NCBI GenBank assembly: GCA_049999805.1
Contig: JBNGIO010006304.1
Location: forward strand, 117,260 to 158,040
Reading direction: 5' to 3'
DNA from: Folioceros fuciformis
Taxonomy: Eukaryota
Length of the DNA stretch: 40,781 bases
The notes beneath the pieces were generated by a model that made no database searches, was not told the DNA's origin, and saw nothing but the letters and a program-made list of their open reading frames with translations. The position numbers and the translations under genes are program-made. Shown piece by piece: positions 37,715 through 40,781 of this stretch; positions within the stretch are counted from its first letter, which is position 1; each line of letters opens with the position of its first letter.

Positions 37715-40457
37715 CTATTTTCCAATGCAAAACCTGCTGAAAATATTTGACAGGACCTCTTCGGAGACATCATCACCGCTGATTTGACCCAATGCAAGAG
37801 CGGCTTCTTTCAAATCGATGGTCCAGAAGTCTATGGGTAGTTCTTGTTGAACCGAATCCTTCAGTCTCTGCAGGGATTCACCCGCCCTGATTAATTGCCC
37901 GGCCTGCCTCTGGAGAGAAAATGAGACTGACGAGTTCAGCTCAAGAACTGACCTGAGAATGCCCTGTTTAAAACAAACCAACCAATTTTCCAGCTCTATA
38001 TAAATGGTATTTACCTGATTCACAGCCCACTGAACTCCTTCGGAACTAACTTCCCCCACCTCCACCATCTGCAACAGAGCCTGTTCCAAGCTATCTAGTC
38101 CAACCCGCTGAGGAGCACAAGTGAACACAACTCTCTGGAACCTTGTGGAGACCTCATCAGGTAGCTTTACTGAAGTCGGTGCTCTCTTGTCAACTTGGTT
38201 TATAACCAAAATTGCCGGAGCGCGAGTAGTTTGAGCTGGGAGCTGATTTCAAATGATTCAAAACCAGCAATGAGGAACCAAGAACATGTACGACGCAGAA
38301 GGGGCTGCCAGCATGATGCATGGTAAGTATGACAACCTCCTCGTCTTGTTGTGGTTCTGAGGCCAGGGTCATAGGACCCGTCAACGCTTTTGCAAGGTTC
38401 GTGGCCCTCGCCATTTGATGGCTATGCCTCCCCCATATCTGTTCGAAGATGACTTCATCCTCGTCAGTCCATCCATCAGACGCACTGATCACCATGAGCA
38501 CCACGTCGGCTCCTTTTGCAGCTGCCTCTGATCTTTGCACCCCTACAACATCCACACCTCTGGTCAAGGGATTGAATTTTGAAAAGATGCCATCAGATGC
38601 CGGCATTTGAACAGGTTCACGGTCTTCACCGATATTTTCAACAGTGTCAGTAGTTTCTCGTATGCCTGCCGTGTCCAGGAGGGTCACTGACAGTCCTCCC
38701 ACAACAATTCCGGCTTCTACAACATCTCTCGTGGTACCCGGTATGTCTGTCACAATTGCTCTTTCAGTCTGCACATCCCAAACATCGATCAGCTCAAAAT
38801 ACATCCCTGCTACACTGGCAGTGGTCCTTCGAAAGAAAAGAGAACAGCTAGAGAAAAGCTTAAACCCATATTGCCCACATTGTCTTTCTAAATGGAAACT
38901 CTCACCTACTTGGCTCCAAGCATTCAGAAGACTTGATTTCCCAACATTTGGTCTACCAACAATCGCAACCTGTCAAAACCACCAACCATGACCTTTTGAT
39001 AAGCTCAAAACTTTGACTATTTCAAAGAACGACTGCTTGGCAGCATACAACTGGAGGCAGCACCCATACTTGCATGCCTGACTGGAGCAGACGGCCTCGC
39101 TGGGCAGTGGCTAAAGCTCTCTGCACACTTTGCTCCATACATCTTATTCTTTCAGTCAACACATTTGTGTCCAGAACTGGCATTTCATCATCAAAATCCA
39201 GGCGAGCCTCCATCTCAACAAGTAGATCAATGCATTCCTTTCGCAAAGATCGAACGAATACCGATAAGCCCCCCTGAAACATAAGTTAAGAACAATCTGA
39301 GGGTCCTATCTTCATATCACTGTCACATTCTTGTCGATGGACAATCTCTAACATACTTTGGCTAACCTGAATACCAGCCAAGGCTGTATCTGCAGCAAGA
39401 GATGTTTTGGCAGCAATCACTTGGGCAACACTCTCAGCCTGTGACAAATCCAATCGCCCATTCAAAAAGGCACGGAGTGTAAATTCTCCTGCAAGCGGAA
39501 GAATGACGATGGCTGTGAATGACACATTTGTGATACACTGCCTGCTAGCAAGTCACGCATTTCCATTTGCTCTCATCAAGGCAAGGTGAGTGTATGGACC
39601 AGGTTGTGCAAGCCTAGCTCCAGCCTCCAAACAAATTTGGAGTACGCGACGTGCACATACATCCCCGCCATGACACTGCAACTCGACGACGTCTTCCCTA
39701 GTGTAGGATCTAGGGGCCAACATGGGGACAACAAGAACCTGCCAATGCGTTGAGCAGCCCAGTGATGATCAGGACTAGGACGAGTATATCCACCATGACA
39801 CACCAAGGGTTAGTAATCAACACAATACCTCATCTACCACTGCTCCTGTTGCGTCCACTAGTGTTCCATATTCTACCCGGTGGCTCGTGGGCTTCCACCC
39901 AACGTTCCCAAGTTTCCTGTGCCCAGCAGGACGAAATATTTGGGAACTTATCTCAACAGCAGATGGACCTGAAAGTCTGATAATCGCCACCGAACCAGTC
40001 TGGCCGCCCATTGAAGTGATAATCGCGGCAATGGTTCCATCATCTGTTGCTTTCGTATATTTAGATTTCCTTGGAGAAGCAGAACTGGAAAGGTCCGTAT
40101 TGATTGCTGTGCTCTGAGCTATCAAATTGGCACAAACGAAAGAGCTGTTAAAATCAAGAGAAAGGGCTCGCCACAGGGGCACAGCCAATGACCACACCAG
40201 AGAGCGGATTCTTACTGAACAAGGCTGCAACCTCCGTTGACAAACGTCTCCTCGATCTGACGGTACTCTCAAAGGATCGCCATTTACAGCGCCTACAACA
40301 TCTGTGACAGTTGACGACAAAGCAGGAGCAGGTCACCACCTGCGGAATGTGAAAGCCCACCAGTGGCGCACCAGCAACTACGTCCCAGGAGGATTACCCG
40401 AGGATCTGATTTGTAGCTGGCAGAAACAGGGGGTTGGAGGCAAAGGCGAATCCCCAT
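37715..40457 (-). CDS. mnmE: tRNA modification GTPase MnmE/TrmE, organellar (probably plastid); multi-exon
   Basis: [63 protein letters not shown]1 [10 protein letters not shown]2 GTTRD, G3 DTAG, terminal FSRFCIGK* (TAG 37715-37717). The 5' exon (ATG 40457, intron ~40339-40258) is inferred and less certain. Confidence 0.92.
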
Positions 40458-40781
40458 GCTACAACTCGGGGGTTCGAGGCCATCGTCCGTAATGTGCCCA
40501 ACAGGCTTCCACAGCTGAACGACCAACACTTCATGTTCAATCAAACACGTCTCCCAGCCGTTTCGAGTTACATCCAGAGACCTAACATGTGTGCTTGGTA
40601 CATCTGCTTTCGTTGAACGCCGTTGCCGGGACGCCCAATGTTCTGTAGCAGCTCAGAGGACCCATGACACTCGTTACAGGAGCTGTTAGAATTCACATAA
40701 GCAGGACCTTCATGATCTTCGAAAATTTGATTAAACCCTTCGATGACTACTGGAGGCTTAACCCACAAACATAGGCGATTC

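Noticed and set aside
40568..40781. Minus-strand open frame at the window edge as the last exon of a neighbouring gene
   Set aside because: No recognisable motif, truncated by the window, and only ~110 nt from the inferred mnmE start; cannot be supported.

Overview
Gene-dense nuclear genomic DNA from a land plant. It has mostly short (~80-330 nt) GT-AG introns and three 100-N assembly gaps. An intraflagellar-transport gene (IFT54) implies a lineage with flagellated sperm; the compact introns fit a bryophyte, lycophyte or fern, but this is inference. Left to right: repeat-rich flank; IBR3-type peroxisomal acyl-CoA dehydrogenase (-); bestrophin/VCCN-like channel (-); diaminopimelate decarboxylase (-); a divergently transcribed signal-peptide/C2H2/TM protein (+); ribosomal protein S6 (+) followed by an intron-retaining, internally deleted tandem pseudocopy; a KRP/ICK CDK inhibitor (-) with a long GC-rich upstream region; a ~6.5 kb decayed repeat/TE block in which a Ty1/copia RT-RNase H remnant (-) abuts a truncated RLE-type (CRE-like) non-LTR retrotransposon (+); an intronless IFT54/TRAF3IP1 gene (+) immediately followed by tRNA-Ile(AAT); a ~3 kb unidentified, apparently decayed coding locus; and an organellar MnmE/TrmE GTPase (-). 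I see no clear novel multi-gene system. The best leads are the RLE-type LINE joined to the Copia element, the unidentified decayed locus, a 26-nt templated copy of an IBR3 splice acceptor, and KRP peculiarities (C-terminal extension, abutting uORF). Exon boundaries were derived by eye and no database searches were run.
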